Source: a bacterium (GTDB taxonomy: Bacteria; UBA8248). Taken from it: a stretch of DNA of 64,000 nucleotides. Positions 19,226-32,878 of the stretch are shown piece by piece. Made by a program: the position numbers and the translations under genes. The first letter of the stretch is position 1; every line of letters begins with the position of its first letter. The notes under the pieces were generated by a model. It saw nothing but the letters and a program-made list of their open reading frames with translations, was not told the DNA's origin and did no database searches. The stretch covers positions 1,920,001 through 1,984,000 of the forward strand of contig CBDBBI010000010.1 of NCBI GenBank assembly GCA_965202625.1, in the 5' to 3' direction.

Positions 19226-20194
19226 TCAGGCATAGAGATCCTCATACACGTCGTCGGGTCGGGGTTCGGGGCTCGCCTCCGCGAAAGCCATCGCCTCCCT
19301 CAACTCTCCCTCCACGGCCTCCAGGTGCGCTTTTTTCTGCGCGGCGCTCACGCCCAGTATCCTCTCCGCCACGAGCAGGGGGTCTTTCTCCTTCCACTCG
19401 CGCCACTCATCTTCCGTCCTGTATCGTCCGAAATGGGGGTCTTTTCTCGCGTGGCCAAAATACCGATAGGTTTTCGCCTCGATCAGGCTGGGGCCCAAAC
19501 CCTTGCGCGCGCGGTCGACAGCCTCGCGCATCACCTCATAAACCGCCAGCACATCCATGCCGTCAACGGTCGCGCCGGGCACGTCGTAGCCCGACGCGCG
19601 CGCGCTGATGTCCGCCACCGAGGTGGCATACTGCACCCGCGTGGTGGACGCGAAATGGTTATTCTCACAAAAGAAGATGACGGGGAGCTTCCATATCGAT
19701 GCCAGATTCATCGACTCGTGAAAGCTGCCCTCGTTCGCCGCGCCATCGCCGAAAAAAACAACCGCCACCTGCTCCTTTCCTTCAAAATGAAAGGCGAGAC
19801 CGATACCGACCGCCATGGGCATGTTCGATCCCACGATGGAATGCGCGCCATAATGGCCCTTCGACACGTCGGCGATGTGCATGGAGCCGCCCTTGGCGTG
19901 GCAAAGGCCGGTCGCCTTGCCCAGAAGCTCCGCCATCATCTCGGGCAGGCGCGTCCCCTTGGCGATGGAGTGGCCGTGGCCGCGGTGGGTGGTGAGAATC
20001 GCGTCATCATCCGCAAGCGCGCAGCACGCGCCAACAGAACAAGCCTCCTGGCCCACGCTCACGTGGATGCCGCCCATCACCTCTCCGCTCTCGAACAGAT
20101 CGAACGCCGTCTCCTCAAACCGTCTGATGCGCAGCATGGCGCGATACATCGCCTGCATCCGCTCGCTGCTCAAAGACGCCTTCCCTTTGGTCAA
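19226..20194 (-). CDS. TPP-dependent 2-oxoacid/acetoin dehydrogenase E1 alpha subunit
   Basis: GQEA, THRGHGH, KGGSMH, GDGAANEG..N TPP motif, TYRYFGH; TTG start after GGAAGGAG inferred. Confidence 0.9.
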   Translation of the reverse strand: MTKGKASLSSERMQAMYRAMLRIRRFEETAFDLFESGEVMGGIHVSVGQEACSVGACCALADDDAILTTHRGHGHSIAKGTRLPEMMAELLGKATGLCHAKGGSMHIADVSKGHYGAHSIVGSNMPMAVGIGLAFHFEGKEQVAVVFFGDGAANEGSFHESMNLASIWKLPVIFFCENNHFASTTRVQYATSVADISARASGYDVPGATVDGMDVLAVYEVMREAVDRARKGLGPSLIEAKTYRYFGHARKDPHFGRYRTEDEWREWKEKDPLLVAERILGVSAAQKKAHLEAVEGELREAMAFAEASPEPRPDDVYEDLYA

Positions 20195-20285
20195 AAGCGT
20201 TCTCCTTCCCGCAAGGATGGGTGGGGTTCCCTCAAACCTAGACACTCGCGTGAAATTCTCACAAATCGCCCCTCCCCGCAAGCGA

Positions 20286-20693
20286 TCATTCAGACTTCGC
20301 CTTTTCCTCCTCGGCCTGCTCGTCGGCGATGCGTTTGAGAGCATACAAACCTTCCATCAACACGGGCGCACCCCCACCGATGCTCGCCACCTCGAACGCC
20401 TCAAGCGCCTCCTCCATCGTCGCGCCCAGCCGCAGCGCCTTCTTGGTGTGGGTATAGACTTCGTGCTTCATGCCCTTGAAAGCCAGAAGGCCGATTTCGA
20501 TGAGTTCGCGCGTCTTCGGATCCAGATGGCGCGGCTTCTCCTTGAAAAACCCCCAGTGCATCTGCGAATAGACCTCGAAATAATCCGGATCCAACTGCGC
20601 CCCAAAGCCGAGCACGTCATACACGAACCCCCGGTCTCCATGAATTTTTTCCGTGATGCGCTTTACCTTCTCTTCTCTCGTCTCCTCCTTCAT
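20286..20693 (-). CDS. carboxymuconolactone decarboxylase (CMD/AhpD fold) family protein
   Basis: LDPKTRELI, H.KKALRLGATMEE; no CxxC. Confidence 0.8.
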   Translation of the reverse strand: MKEETREEKVKRITEKIHGDRGFVYDVLGFGAQLDPDYFEVYSQMHWGFFKEKPRHLDPKTRELIEIGLLAFKGMKHEVYTHTKKALRLGATMEEALEAFEVASIGGGAPVLMEGLYALKRIADEQAEEEKAKSE

Positions 20694-20767
20694 CCTCTTC
20701 TCCTTATTATGGACGAAGCGAAGGCGGAGATTTCAGAACCCAAAATCCCCGCCGTAAACGCGCGCGC

Positions 20768-21940
20768 TCACGCGACCCTGAACCTGTCCATCCACCAGTC
20801 CGCAATCCACTCGCCGCACGTCGGCAGGTTGTCGAAGACGCAATGCTGGCTGCCGCCATCCTCAAGCGTGAAGATTTTCAGCTGCTTCTCCTTTGAGCCG
20901 CACGCCTCATACAACTTGCGTGCCATCTTGACCGGCACGATGTTGTCGTCCGCCCCGTGGATGATGCAGATGGGCATCCGTATCCTCTCCGCGACGCCCG
21001 CCAGCGTATAGGCCTTGCATTTTTCCATCGCCGAGTCCATGTCCGGCGTTCCCAGCACCCAAGGAAGCTGCCATATGGCGGAGGAGGAAACCGTGCCGCC
21101 GCCCTCCAGAACCTTGCGCCTGTGAACCCAGACCTCGTGATAGTCAAAATGGGCGCCCCAGGCGAGACAGGCCGCGTAGCGATGCTCAAAGGCGGCGATG
21201 CGCGGGGCGTAGTAACCCCCCATGCTCATGGCCATGAGGCCGATGCGCGCGGAATCCACCTCGGGCCGCGCGTCGAGAAAATCGAAGGCCGCCGTTCCGG
21301 CCGCCTCGTAATCCGGACGACTCGGTATCTTCCGAAGCCTGAGCGTCTCCCCCTGGCCTGGTCCATCCACGCAGAGTGCCCCGACGCCGCGCTCCGTCAG
21401 AGAAAGTGCGCCCCACAGCGCGGTGATCTCCTTGGAACCGTCGAGTCCATCAAAAAAGGCGACATAGGGATCGCGCCCCGTTGGGTTTCTGGGCGGAAAA
21501 AGGTAGGCCGCGAGCGGGCCCTCCTCATAGGGTACCTCCACGCGCTGAAATCCGGGTGCGCGGCCCTTCATCCCCTTCTCGTAGTGGAGAAGCAATTTTT
21601 TGTAGGATTGCGCTTTTCTCGGATCGCCAGGATGCACGAAACGCTCGCTCGCGTAGCGATAGATCGCGCTTCGCACATAGGCGGCCATCGAGGTGCGCGC
21701 ATGGCCCTTGCGCTCCTCCTCCTCGGCGCGGGTCAGGGTTTTATCCGCCATCCAGGTCCACGCCTCGCGCCATGCTTCGGCGTCGCCTGTCCGCCCGCTC
21801 AGGCGTTTTCCAACCTGATCCACCTCCTGGAAGTTCGATCCGCCCATCGGCGCGACGCTGATTAGCCCCGCCATCAACTGCGACCATAGATAGTGCTCGG
21901 GAAAATACCGAAACCACGAGCCGACGATGGCCTCCGCCAT
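20768..21940 (-). CDS. alpha/beta hydrolase, DHPON hydrolase/FrsA-like (paralog 3)
   Basis: WFRYFPEHYLWS N-terminal motif shared with paralogs, DGPGQGE, AMSMGGYYAPR, GGSQHC. Confidence 0.8.
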   Translation of the reverse strand: MAEAIVGSWFRYFPEHYLWSQLMAGLISVAPMGGSNFQEVDQVGKRLSGRTGDAEAWREAWTWMADKTLTRAEEEERKGHARTSMAAYVRSAIYRYASERFVHPGDPRKAQSYKKLLLHYEKGMKGRAPGFQRVEVPYEEGPLAAYLFPPRNPTGRDPYVAFFDGLDGSKEITALWGALSLTERGVGALCVDGPGQGETLRLRKIPSRPDYEAAGTAAFDFLDARPEVDSARIGLMAMSMGGYYAPRIAAFEHRYAACLAWGAHFDYHEVWVHRRKVLEGGGTVSSSAIWQLPWVLGTPDMDSAMEKCKAYTLAGVAERIRMPICIIHGADDNIVPVKMARKLYEACGSKEKQLKIFTLEDGGSQHCVFDNLPTCGEWIADWWMDRFRVA

Positions 21941-22219
21941 AAGAAAAGCCTCCTCAAACCTGAACGCGCTGACGCGCTCCAAAACGTGAAAACCATACAC
22001 GCAACGCCGGCGATTTCACAAGGAGCACAAAGAAAAGTACGATCGCAGAAAATCCATATTCACGCTTTGACGCCCCATTCCCACACGTGATAGACTTCTT
22101 AGAATCGATAGCAAAAAAGGGGGCTTCTCCAGGAAGTCGCAGCGAGCTAGAAAATCTGGATTTTCCGGTTTTCTCAACAGGGTATGGAACCCATCTCTTC
22201 ATCCAAAGGAGGAAAGCAC

Positions 22220-23749
22220 ATGAGAAGGTTTCTCGTAATTCTGACCGCCTTCGCCGTTCTGGCGATCGGCGCGCCCATGACGGCGGACGCGAAAAGCACC
22301 GTCACCATCGCCCTGACGGGCGAGCCGCCGACGATGGACCCGCACCGCGTCTCGAACTTCATCGGCGCGATGGTCTGGCGCTGGAGCTACGACACCCTTC
22401 TTCACTCTGAGACCGGAACGGGCGAGAAAAAGCCATGGCTCGCCACGAAGTGGGTGAAGATATCTCCCTTGAAAGTGAAGTTTCATCTGAGAAAGGGCGT
22501 AAAATTCTCGGACGGCACGCGCTTCACTGCGGAGAACTTCAAATACACCATCAGCCGCATCATGAAGTCCGCGCGTCAAAGACAATATTTCAAAAACATC
22601 GAAAACATCGAAATTCTCGACGACCACACCTTCATTTATCACAACAAGCAGCCCGACGGCGGCATGTGGAACCGCCTGACCCGCTGGGCCGGGCCCATCA
22701 GCCTGAAAACCAAGGGGATGGATCTCGCGCAAATCTCCCGCAACACCTATGGCACGGGTCCCTACATCCTGAAATCCTGGACCAAGGGCCAGAGGATGGT
22801 GTTCGAGGCGAATCCAAACTGGTGGAACAACAAGAACTTTCCGAAACGGCCGCAGCGCATCATCCTCCGCCGCATTCGGGAGAGCGCCACACGCGCCAAG
22901 GCGCTCCAGACGGGCGAGATCGACGTAGCCTGGGGCATTATGCCGCAGTTCATTCCCCAGCTGGAGAAAAACCCGAAGACGAAGATCGCCGTCGTCCCCG
23001 CCGTGCGCATCATGCACATGGGTTTCTTCACGGGACACGGCGGCCCGATGGCCAACGTCAAGGTGCGCAAGGCGCTCAACTACGCCATCGACGCAGAGGC
23101 GATACGCACGACCATTCTGGGCGGGCGCGCGGATCTGTTCGGACAGATGCTCCACCCATGGAACTACTCGGGCTACAACCCGAACAAAAAATGGTACGGC
23201 TACGAACCGGCCAAGGCGAAAGCGCTCCTTGAGGAAGCCGGCTACCCCGAAGGCTTCAAGATGGAGATCATCGCCACGAACGGCCGCTACCCAGGCGACA
23301 AGCCGACTTGCGAGGCCATCGCCGGAATGATCAAAAAAGTCGGCGTAGACGCCTCCTGTAACTCTCAACGCTTCCCGCTCTACAAGAAGCTCCACCGCGC
23401 CTACAAGGCGGGCAAGAAAAAGGGCGCGGCCGCCTACTACATGGGCTTCGGCAACGGCCAGGGCGACTCCACTTCCGTCCTTCGTGGAACGTCGGGCTGC
23501 AAAGGCCCCTGGAGCGGCATGTGCTTTGAGGAGCTGGACAAGATGATCGACATGGCCACGGCCGTCGTCGATCCGCAAAAGCAGCAGGCCGCCTTCGAGT
23601 CCGTGACCGACAAGATGAAGGAGTTGGCCACGCACAAGATCGTCGTGAAGATTCACGATGTGCTCGGCCACAGCTCGAACCTTGAGTGGACTCCGCGCCA
23701 CGACGAAACCCTCCTGCCATGGGAGATCGGGGTGCTCGGGAGCAACTAG
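22220..23749 (+). CDS. ABC transporter substrate-binding protein family 5 (DppA/OppA-like)
   Basis: Signal peptide ending ADA, LRKGVKFSDG, GTGPY, VRKALNYAID; RBS AGGAGG. Confidence 0.92.
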   Translation: MRRFLVILTAFAVLAIGAPMTADAKSTVTIALTGEPPTMDPHRVSNFIGAMVWRWSYDTLLHSETGTGEKKPWLATKWVKISPLKVKFHLRKGVKFSDGTRFTAENFKYTISRIMKSARQRQYFKNIENIEILDDHTFIYHNKQPDGGMWNRLTRWAGPISLKTKGMDLAQISRNTYGTGPYILKSWTKGQRMVFEANPNWWNNKNFPKRPQRIILRRIRESATRAKALQTGEIDVAWGIMPQFIPQLEKNPKTKIAVVPAVRIMHMGFFTGHGGPMANVKVRKALNYAIDAEAIRTTILGGRADLFGQMLHPWNYSGYNPNKKWYGYEPAKAKALLEEAGYPEGFKMEIIATNGRYPGDKPTCEAIAGMIKKVGVDASCNSQRFPLYKKLHRAYKAGKKKGAAAYYMGFGNGQGDSTSVLRGTSGCKGPWSGMCFEELDKMIDMATAVVDPQKQQAAFESVTDKMKELATHKIVVKIHDVLGHSSNLEWTPRHDETLLPWEIGVLGSN

Positions 23750-23778
23750 CCAGACGTTTTGTCTTGACTTAGTCTCAC

Positions 23779-23816
23779 ACCGCGGGGGGCGCGTTTAGAG
23801 CCCCCCGCGGTTTTTT
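23779..23816 (+). terminator. rho-independent terminator
   Basis: ACCGCGGGGGGC / GCCCCCCGCGGT 12-bp stem followed by a T run, downstream of the SBP gene. Confidence 0.85.
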
Positions 23817-23919
23817 ACGCCCTCCCCAAGGGTTCACGCTTGCAAGTCGGCATTGCGCTTCTCCTTCTTCGCGCTATAGGTTGCAAGCTATCGGCAAATA
23901 ACAAAAAAGAGGATCGCGC

Positions 23920-24933
23920 ATGAAATTCGGCATCTTCCTGTCCGCGCAACAGACGCTGGACGCCAACCTGATCGACGCCCTCCATGATCAAATCGACCTG
24001 ATCCGCCTGGTACGCGACAAGGGCTGGAATTCTTTTTTCACCGGTCAGCACTATCTCAGCGAGGGGAACGTGCAGCACCTGCAAAACCTCCCTTTTCTGG
24101 CGCGCCTCAAGGCGGAGGCGGGCGAAATGACTCTCGGCATCGGCGTCTTGCTCATCAACCTGCACAATCCGGTCTATGTGGCGGAGACCGTCGCTACCAT
24201 GGACGTCATCGCGGAAGGCAACATGGCCTTCGGCGTCGGCCTGGGCTACCGCGACGTGGAGTTCGACGCTTTTGGCGTCAGGCGGGGCGAGCGGGTGAAG
24301 CGCTTCGTGGACTGCCTGGAGCTGGTGAAGCGCCTTTGGACGGAGGAAGCCGTGTCGTTCGAGAGTGAATACTGCACGCTCAAGGACGCGCGCCTGAACA
24401 TGCGCCCCGTGCAAAAGCCCCATCCGCCCATCTGGTTCGCAGCGAACAGCGACCCCGCCGTGCGGCGGGCGGCGCATCTGGGCGACACGCTCTTCATCAA
24501 CCCGCACGCCACCACGCGAACCATCGCGCGTCAGATGGACGTCTATCGCAAAGAGCTGGATGCGGTGGAAAAACCCTTTCCGAAGGAGCTGCCCTGCATG
24601 AAGGAGGTTTTTTGCGCCAAGGACAGAAAAACGGCCCTCGCACTCGCCAGCCCCTATCTCGGTCAGAAATACAGGGACTACGCCCGTTGGGGGCAGGACA
24701 GAGCACTGCCCGAAGATGAGACCTTCGATCAGCCGTTTGAGGAATTGCTGAAAGATCGCTTCGTCATCGGATCGCCGGAGGATTGCTATGAAGGGCTAAA
24801 ACCCTACAAGGAAATGGGCGTGAACCACCTCATCATCCGCACGAGCTGGATAGGGATGCCCGCCTCATCCGCTCTGGAGAGTGCGCGGCTCATCTCCGAT
24901 GAACTCATCCCCGCGCTGCGAGAAGGCGGATGA
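23920..24933 (+). CDS. LLM class flavin-dependent oxidoreductase
   Basis: MKFGIF, HNPVYVAE, GVGLGYR, PVQKPHPPIW, RRAAHLGD. Confidence 0.9.
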   Translation: MKFGIFLSAQQTLDANLIDALHDQIDLIRLVRDKGWNSFFTGQHYLSEGNVQHLQNLPFLARLKAEAGEMTLGIGVLLINLHNPVYVAETVATMDVIAEGNMAFGVGLGYRDVEFDAFGVRRGERVKRFVDCLELVKRLWTEEAVSFESEYCTLKDARLNMRPVQKPHPPIWFAANSDPAVRRAAHLGDTLFINPHATTRTIARQMDVYRKELDAVEKPFPKELPCMKEVFCAKDRKTALALASPYLGQKYRDYARWGQDRALPEDETFDQPFEELLKDRFVIGSPEDCYEGLKPYKEMGVNHLIIRTSWIGMPASSALESARLISDELIPALREGG

Positions 24934-25012
24934 TAGGCCAAGAAGGCGGCCCCGCTTCGCGGTTGTTCATAGGTTCTTCCCCCATATTCTTGAGGACGGG
25001 AGAAATCCGAAA

Positions 25013-25613
25013 ATGACTTGCGCGAAACCTATCGAAGCTTGTGCCGTTGACGTGGAGACTACCAGGCTGGACCCTGGGGGCGACAGGATCGTCACCGCGG
25101 GCCTTGCCAGAACCAGAATTGACCCGACCGAGGCGGGGGCGGAAGTCGAGGCGATGGAAGTCATAGTGAATCCCGGGATTCCCATTCCTTCAGAGGCTTC
25201 CAGCGTGCACGGAATTTGCGACCAAGACGTCAAGGCTCTTGGGCCTTTTGAAGAAGTGGCACAACAAGTGAGAGATTTCATCGGGAACCGGGCGTTGGTG
25301 GGCCACAACGTTTCCTTTGACAAGGCGTTCCTAAACGCTGCGCTCAAAAGAGCCGGCCTGCAAACCCTGCACAGAAACAAAAGCATCTGCACCATGCAGA
25401 AAATGGAAGAACTGAGGGGAGCGTTCGGGGCAGGCTACGTGAGGACCAACCTGGAAAACACGCGTCCTGGAAGATGCCTTGCTATCGCTTCGGATAGCGG
25501 GCTGGTTCGTGAGATACGAAGCGGGAGTCGGGGAATTAAGCAAGAAAAGAATCGAACAAGGCAGGGCGACAACGGCAATAGGCGGGTTTCTGCTCTCTTT
25601 GCTCCCCACGTGA
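25013..25613 (+). pseudogene. DEDDh 3'-5' exonuclease (DnaQ-like), frameshifted
   Basis: ExoI DVETT, VHGI and ExoII GHNVSFD in frame; the ExoIII-like RVLEDALL appears only in the +1 frame from 25461, ending at TGA 25611-25613. Confidence 0.65.
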
Positions 25614-25750
25614 GCAGGCCGTCTCTTTTCCTGCAAGCACGGGAGCCATCGTCCGCGCTTTTTCTAGCGCAAAGACGCCGGGTTTCCTGAAAGACGAGCG
25701 GGGTTCAGGCTTTCGGGCGGAATGCTCCCCCAAACTCCAAGGAGAGACTC

Positions 25751-26941
25751 ATGAGCTCGACGAGAGATTATCCTCGCTATCCGGAAGCCGAATACGCACG
25801 TCGCTACCGCGAGATCAAAAAAAAGATGCGCGCGCGGGGCATCGACGCGCTTATATTCTATGGCGACTCCGGAATGCAGGGCGGCAACCAGGCCAACCTC
25901 AAATACGTCACGAACTACAAAGACCCGGTGAGCAGTTTCCTCGTCTTTCCGCTCAAGGGCGCGCCCGCCCTTTTCATATCGAACCGGCTCTATCTCCCCT
26001 ACGCCCAAAAGATGAGCGTGATCAAGAAAACCGAAGCTGTTGACTACGAGCCGGGCCCCAAGGTGGAGAGGCGCATTCGGGAGCTGGGGCTTGAGAAAGC
26101 ACGCATCGGCCTAGTGGGTTTTCGCGGCATCCTGCCCGTATCCATGCCCTATAGCGTGGTGGATCATTGGCAAAAAACCTTGCGGGGAGCGGACTTCACC
26201 GACGCCTCGGACATCCTCGCGGAGGTGCGGCTCGTCAAGAGCGCGGAGGAGCGCAAATGGTTCAGGCGCGGGGCGGGGCTGACGGACCTGGCGTTCGAGG
26301 CACTGGAGAGAAAAGCGAAGGCGGGCATGAGCGAGTTCGAGCTCGCCGCCATCATCTCGGGCGCATACGTGCCCAGGGGCGGAAGCCCGCAGCTCATCTT
26401 CGTGGGTTCGACGTCCATGGCAAGACCGCGCCTGATTTTTCCGAACCAATTCCCCTCCCACCGCAAGATCAGAAAAGGCGACGTCGTCCTCACGGAGCTG
26501 TCCGCAGACTATGAAATGCACCCGGGCCAGGCGCACCGACCCATCTCCGTGGGCGCCGCGCCAACGCCCACCTATCAGAAGCTCTACGAGGTAGCCGTTG
26601 CGGCCTACGAGCGCATCTTCAAGGCGCTCAAACCGGGCGCCACGCACGAGGACGTCAGGCGAGCGGGCGGCATCATCAAAGAGGAGGGCTTCACTACCTT
26701 CGACACGACCTTTCACGGCTGGGGTCTGCTCATCGAAAACCCCCGAATCGACGTGGACGCCACCATTCTCCAGCGCCCCCAGAACGCGATCACCTTCGAG
26801 GAGGGGATGCTCATGGTGGTTCAACCCAACGTTTGCACGGCGGACGGCAAGCGCGGCCTCCAGGTGGGAAACCTCGTGGAAATCACCAAAACCGGCGCGT
26901 GCGCACTCCAAAAATTCCCCATGAAGTTCATGCGGATATGA
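25751..26941 (+). CDS. M24 (Xaa-Pro peptidase/creatinase) fold protein
   Basis: Creatinase-like N-domain, RLVKS.EE, LKPGA, HGWG, EEGMLMVVQPN. Confidence 0.85.
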   Translation: MSSTRDYPRYPEAEYARRYREIKKKMRARGIDALIFYGDSGMQGGNQANLKYVTNYKDPVSSFLVFPLKGAPALFISNRLYLPYAQKMSVIKKTEAVDYEPGPKVERRIRELGLEKARIGLVGFRGILPVSMPYSVVDHWQKTLRGADFTDASDILAEVRLVKSAEERKWFRRGAGLTDLAFEALERKAKAGMSEFELAAIISGAYVPRGGSPQLIFVGSTSMARPRLIFPNQFPSHRKIRKGDVVLTELSADYEMHPGQAHRPISVGAAPTPTYQKLYEVAVAAYERIFKALKPGATHEDVRRAGGIIKEEGFTTFDTTFHGWGLLIENPRIDVDATILQRPQNAITFEEGMLMVVQPNVCTADGKRGLQVGNLVEITKTGACALQKFPMKFMRI

Positions 26942-27036
26942 CCAGGAAAGAGCGGGGAAAATCGGCTGCAAACGTCAAGGCGGGAAGCGTTCGCTCCCTC
27001 AAACATGAAATAAAAATCTGAAATGTCCTGGTTTAA

Positions 27037-27285
27037 GGTTTTTCTGTTTTTGAATATGGTCCGGGCGAGATCGAGCTGGAAAAAGGCGACGCCGAAATTG
27101 CGGGGCTGATGTTCAACGCATGGTTTGACTCAGGCGCTGACGCGAGCTCTGCCATAGGCGAGAATACAGCCCTCGACGCCAGCTACCGGTTTCTGGACAC
27201 TCGCCATGAGTCCAAATCTAGCACTATAACGTATGAGAAATTCCAGGCCCGCGCATTCGTGCTGGGTCTCAAGTTCACGTTCTAG
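27037..27285 (+). pseudogene. remnant of an outer-membrane beta-barrel (opacity/Omp-like) protein
   Basis: Open frame without its own start: GLMFNAWFD...ENTALDASYRFLD...AFVLGLKFTF* with C-terminal Phe; signal peptide and internal strands missing. Confidence 0.6.
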
Positions 27286-27298
27286 CCCGATTCGCACG

Positions 27299-27328
27299 AA
27301 GCCGGCCCTACTGATGCGGGGCCGGCTT
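27299..27328. terminator. hairpin terminator between convergent genes
   Basis: AAGCCGGCCC / GGGCCGGCTT 10-bp inverted repeat. Confidence 0.65.
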
Positions 27329-27342
27329 TGTGTGTGCATAAA

Positions 27343-27786
27343 TCAATTCGTCGGCATGGCCTTGATTTTCTCGCGCAAATCCTCAGCCAGTGGAGAACCC
27401 ATATTTTTCAGATTTTGAAAGTCCGCTAGGGCGGCCGCCCGGTTTCCGGCCATGACGTGGGCGACGCCTCTGTATTCGAGGGCTGGAGCGTAGGCGGGCT
27501 TGATAGAGAGTGCTTTGTCGTAGGCGGCGATGGCGTCCTGCGCCCGGCCCATCATCCGCAAAGAGTAACCCAGCATGTTGAAAGCCTGATAATGCTGATC
27601 GTCCGCTTCCACGGCTTTCTGAAACAGCGCAGCTGCTTCTTTCCACTCTCCTCGCCGCGCTTTTTCCTCTCCCTGGGAATAATGCGCTCCGACCAGTTCA
27701 GATCCCTGGGGGTCGCCCGCCGGATAGGATGGCACCGCCAGAGCGAGCGTCCCCATGAACGCGAGAACGACGGACAAGGTTTTCAT
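27343..27786 (-). CDS. exported tetratricopeptide repeat protein
   Basis: Signal peptide plus about 3 TPR motifs (AFNMLGYSL...AIAAYDKALSIKP, ALEYRGVAH). Confidence 0.85.
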   Translation of the reverse strand: MKTLSVVLAFMGTLALAVPSYPAGDPQGSELVGAHYSQGEEKARRGEWKEAAALFQKAVEADDQHYQAFNMLGYSLRMMGRAQDAIAAYDKALSIKPAYAPALEYRGVAHVMAGNRAAALADFQNLKNMGSPLAEDLREKIKAMPTN

Positions 27787-27922
27787 GGCGTCATCTCCTT
27801 ATTATTGAAACGACGGCTTTTTAGAAGGCGCGTTCTTGGCGCGCGCTGGGCTTCTCCCGCATGACGAAAAGGGGCCACCATTCGCCGCTCGGGTCAACGA
27901 CGGCCCCAAACGGAAATGTCCG

Positions 27923-28348
27923 CTAGCCGCCGAAGCCGCTTTCGTTCGCTACCGAAATACGGGCGATGGCGCGTCTCAGGGACAATTCGGCTCGATCGAA
28001 GTCCAATCCCTCCTCCGTCCGTCGCCCCTCCATGCGTTCCTGCGCGCGCGCTCGGGATTGGGCCGCGCGCGCCGCGTCAATGTCTTCGGCCCGCTCAGCA
28101 CTCTCCGCCAGAATAGTTATTCTGTCGGGTCCCACCTCGGCGTATCCCTCAATGATCGAGACGAAATACCGCGCGCTGCCGGAGCGATAGCTGAGGACCC
28201 CGATGCCGAGCTGACAAAGATAGGGGGTGTGCTGAGGCAGGACGCCAAACTCGCCGTAAAACCCAGGGGCCGTCACCTCGTCCACTTCGGCGGAGACGAG
28301 TTTGCGCTCCGGAGTCACGATGTCGAGAATCATCTTGCTTTTGGCCAT
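27923..28348 (-). CDS. atpC: ATP synthase F1 epsilon subunit
   Basis: IVTPE, GEFGVLPQH, LRRAIAR; last gene of the operon. Confidence 0.96.
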   Translation of the reverse strand: MAKSKMILDIVTPERKLVSAEVDEVTAPGFYGEFGVLPQHTPYLCQLGIGVLSYRSGSARYFVSIIEGYAEVGPDRITILAESAERAEDIDAARAAQSRARAQERMEGRRTEEGLDFDRAELSLRRAIARISVANESGFGG

Positions 28349-28351
28349 GCG

Positions 28352-30741
<2,390 letters not shown>

Positions 30742-30748
30742 TCTTCAC

Positions 30749-32293
<1,545 letters not shown>

Positions 32294-32335
32294 GAACTGC
32301 CCCCTTGATCCTGCAACTGACTCCTGAAAAGAGTG

Positions 32336-32878
32336 TCAATTCTCCATCAACGCATTTCGCATGTTACGAAGCTGATTGCTGATGCTGCCGTCCATGACGA
32401 CGCCGCCCACGCGGCAGACCAGCCCCCCGATGAGTTTCTCGTCCTTCTCCGCCTCGATGAGCACCTCGGCACCGGTGATCTTGGAGAGTTTCTCGCGCAA
32501 CTCCTCAAGGACGGCGGCGTCGAGCGCATGCGCCGCGCTCACGTGCGCGCGAACGCGGCCGCGCTTCTCGTCCGCAAGCTGCTGGTAGCTGCGCGCCATG
32601 GCGGACAACTCGCCGATGCGGTCTTTCTCCGCCACCACGCGCACGAAATTCCGAAGCAGCTCGCTCGCCCCTGAAGAGGCCATAATCTCATCCAGCATCC
32701 TCACCCGCACGCTTCTCGCAAAGCGCGGGTTGAGCAAGACGCGCCGCAACTCCTGGTTTCCCTGAAACTCCTCCGCTATCTCCGCCAGCGCCTCTCCAGT
32801 CTCGTCCAGGACGCCCCGGTTCTCGGCAATTTTCACCAACGCCCGCGCGTAGCGCCGCGCCGCCTCGCCGCCTATCAC
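32336..32878 (-). CDS. atpH: ATP synthase F1 delta subunit
   Basis: ARRYARAL, LIGG...DGSI. Confidence 0.95.
   Translation of the reverse strand: MIGGEAARRYARALVKIAENRGVLDETGEALAEIAEEFQGNQELRRVLLNPRFARSVRVRMLDEIMASSGASELLRNFVRVVAEKDRIGELSAMARSYQQLADEKRGRVRAHVSAAHALDAAVLEELREKLSKITGAEVLIEAEKDEKLIGGLVCRVGGVVMDGSISNQLRNMRNALMEN

Noticed and set aside
27020-27340. Possible ncRNA or tRNA in the long intergenic gap
   Set aside because: No cloverleaf or T-loop motif; better explained as an outer-membrane protein remnant plus terminator.
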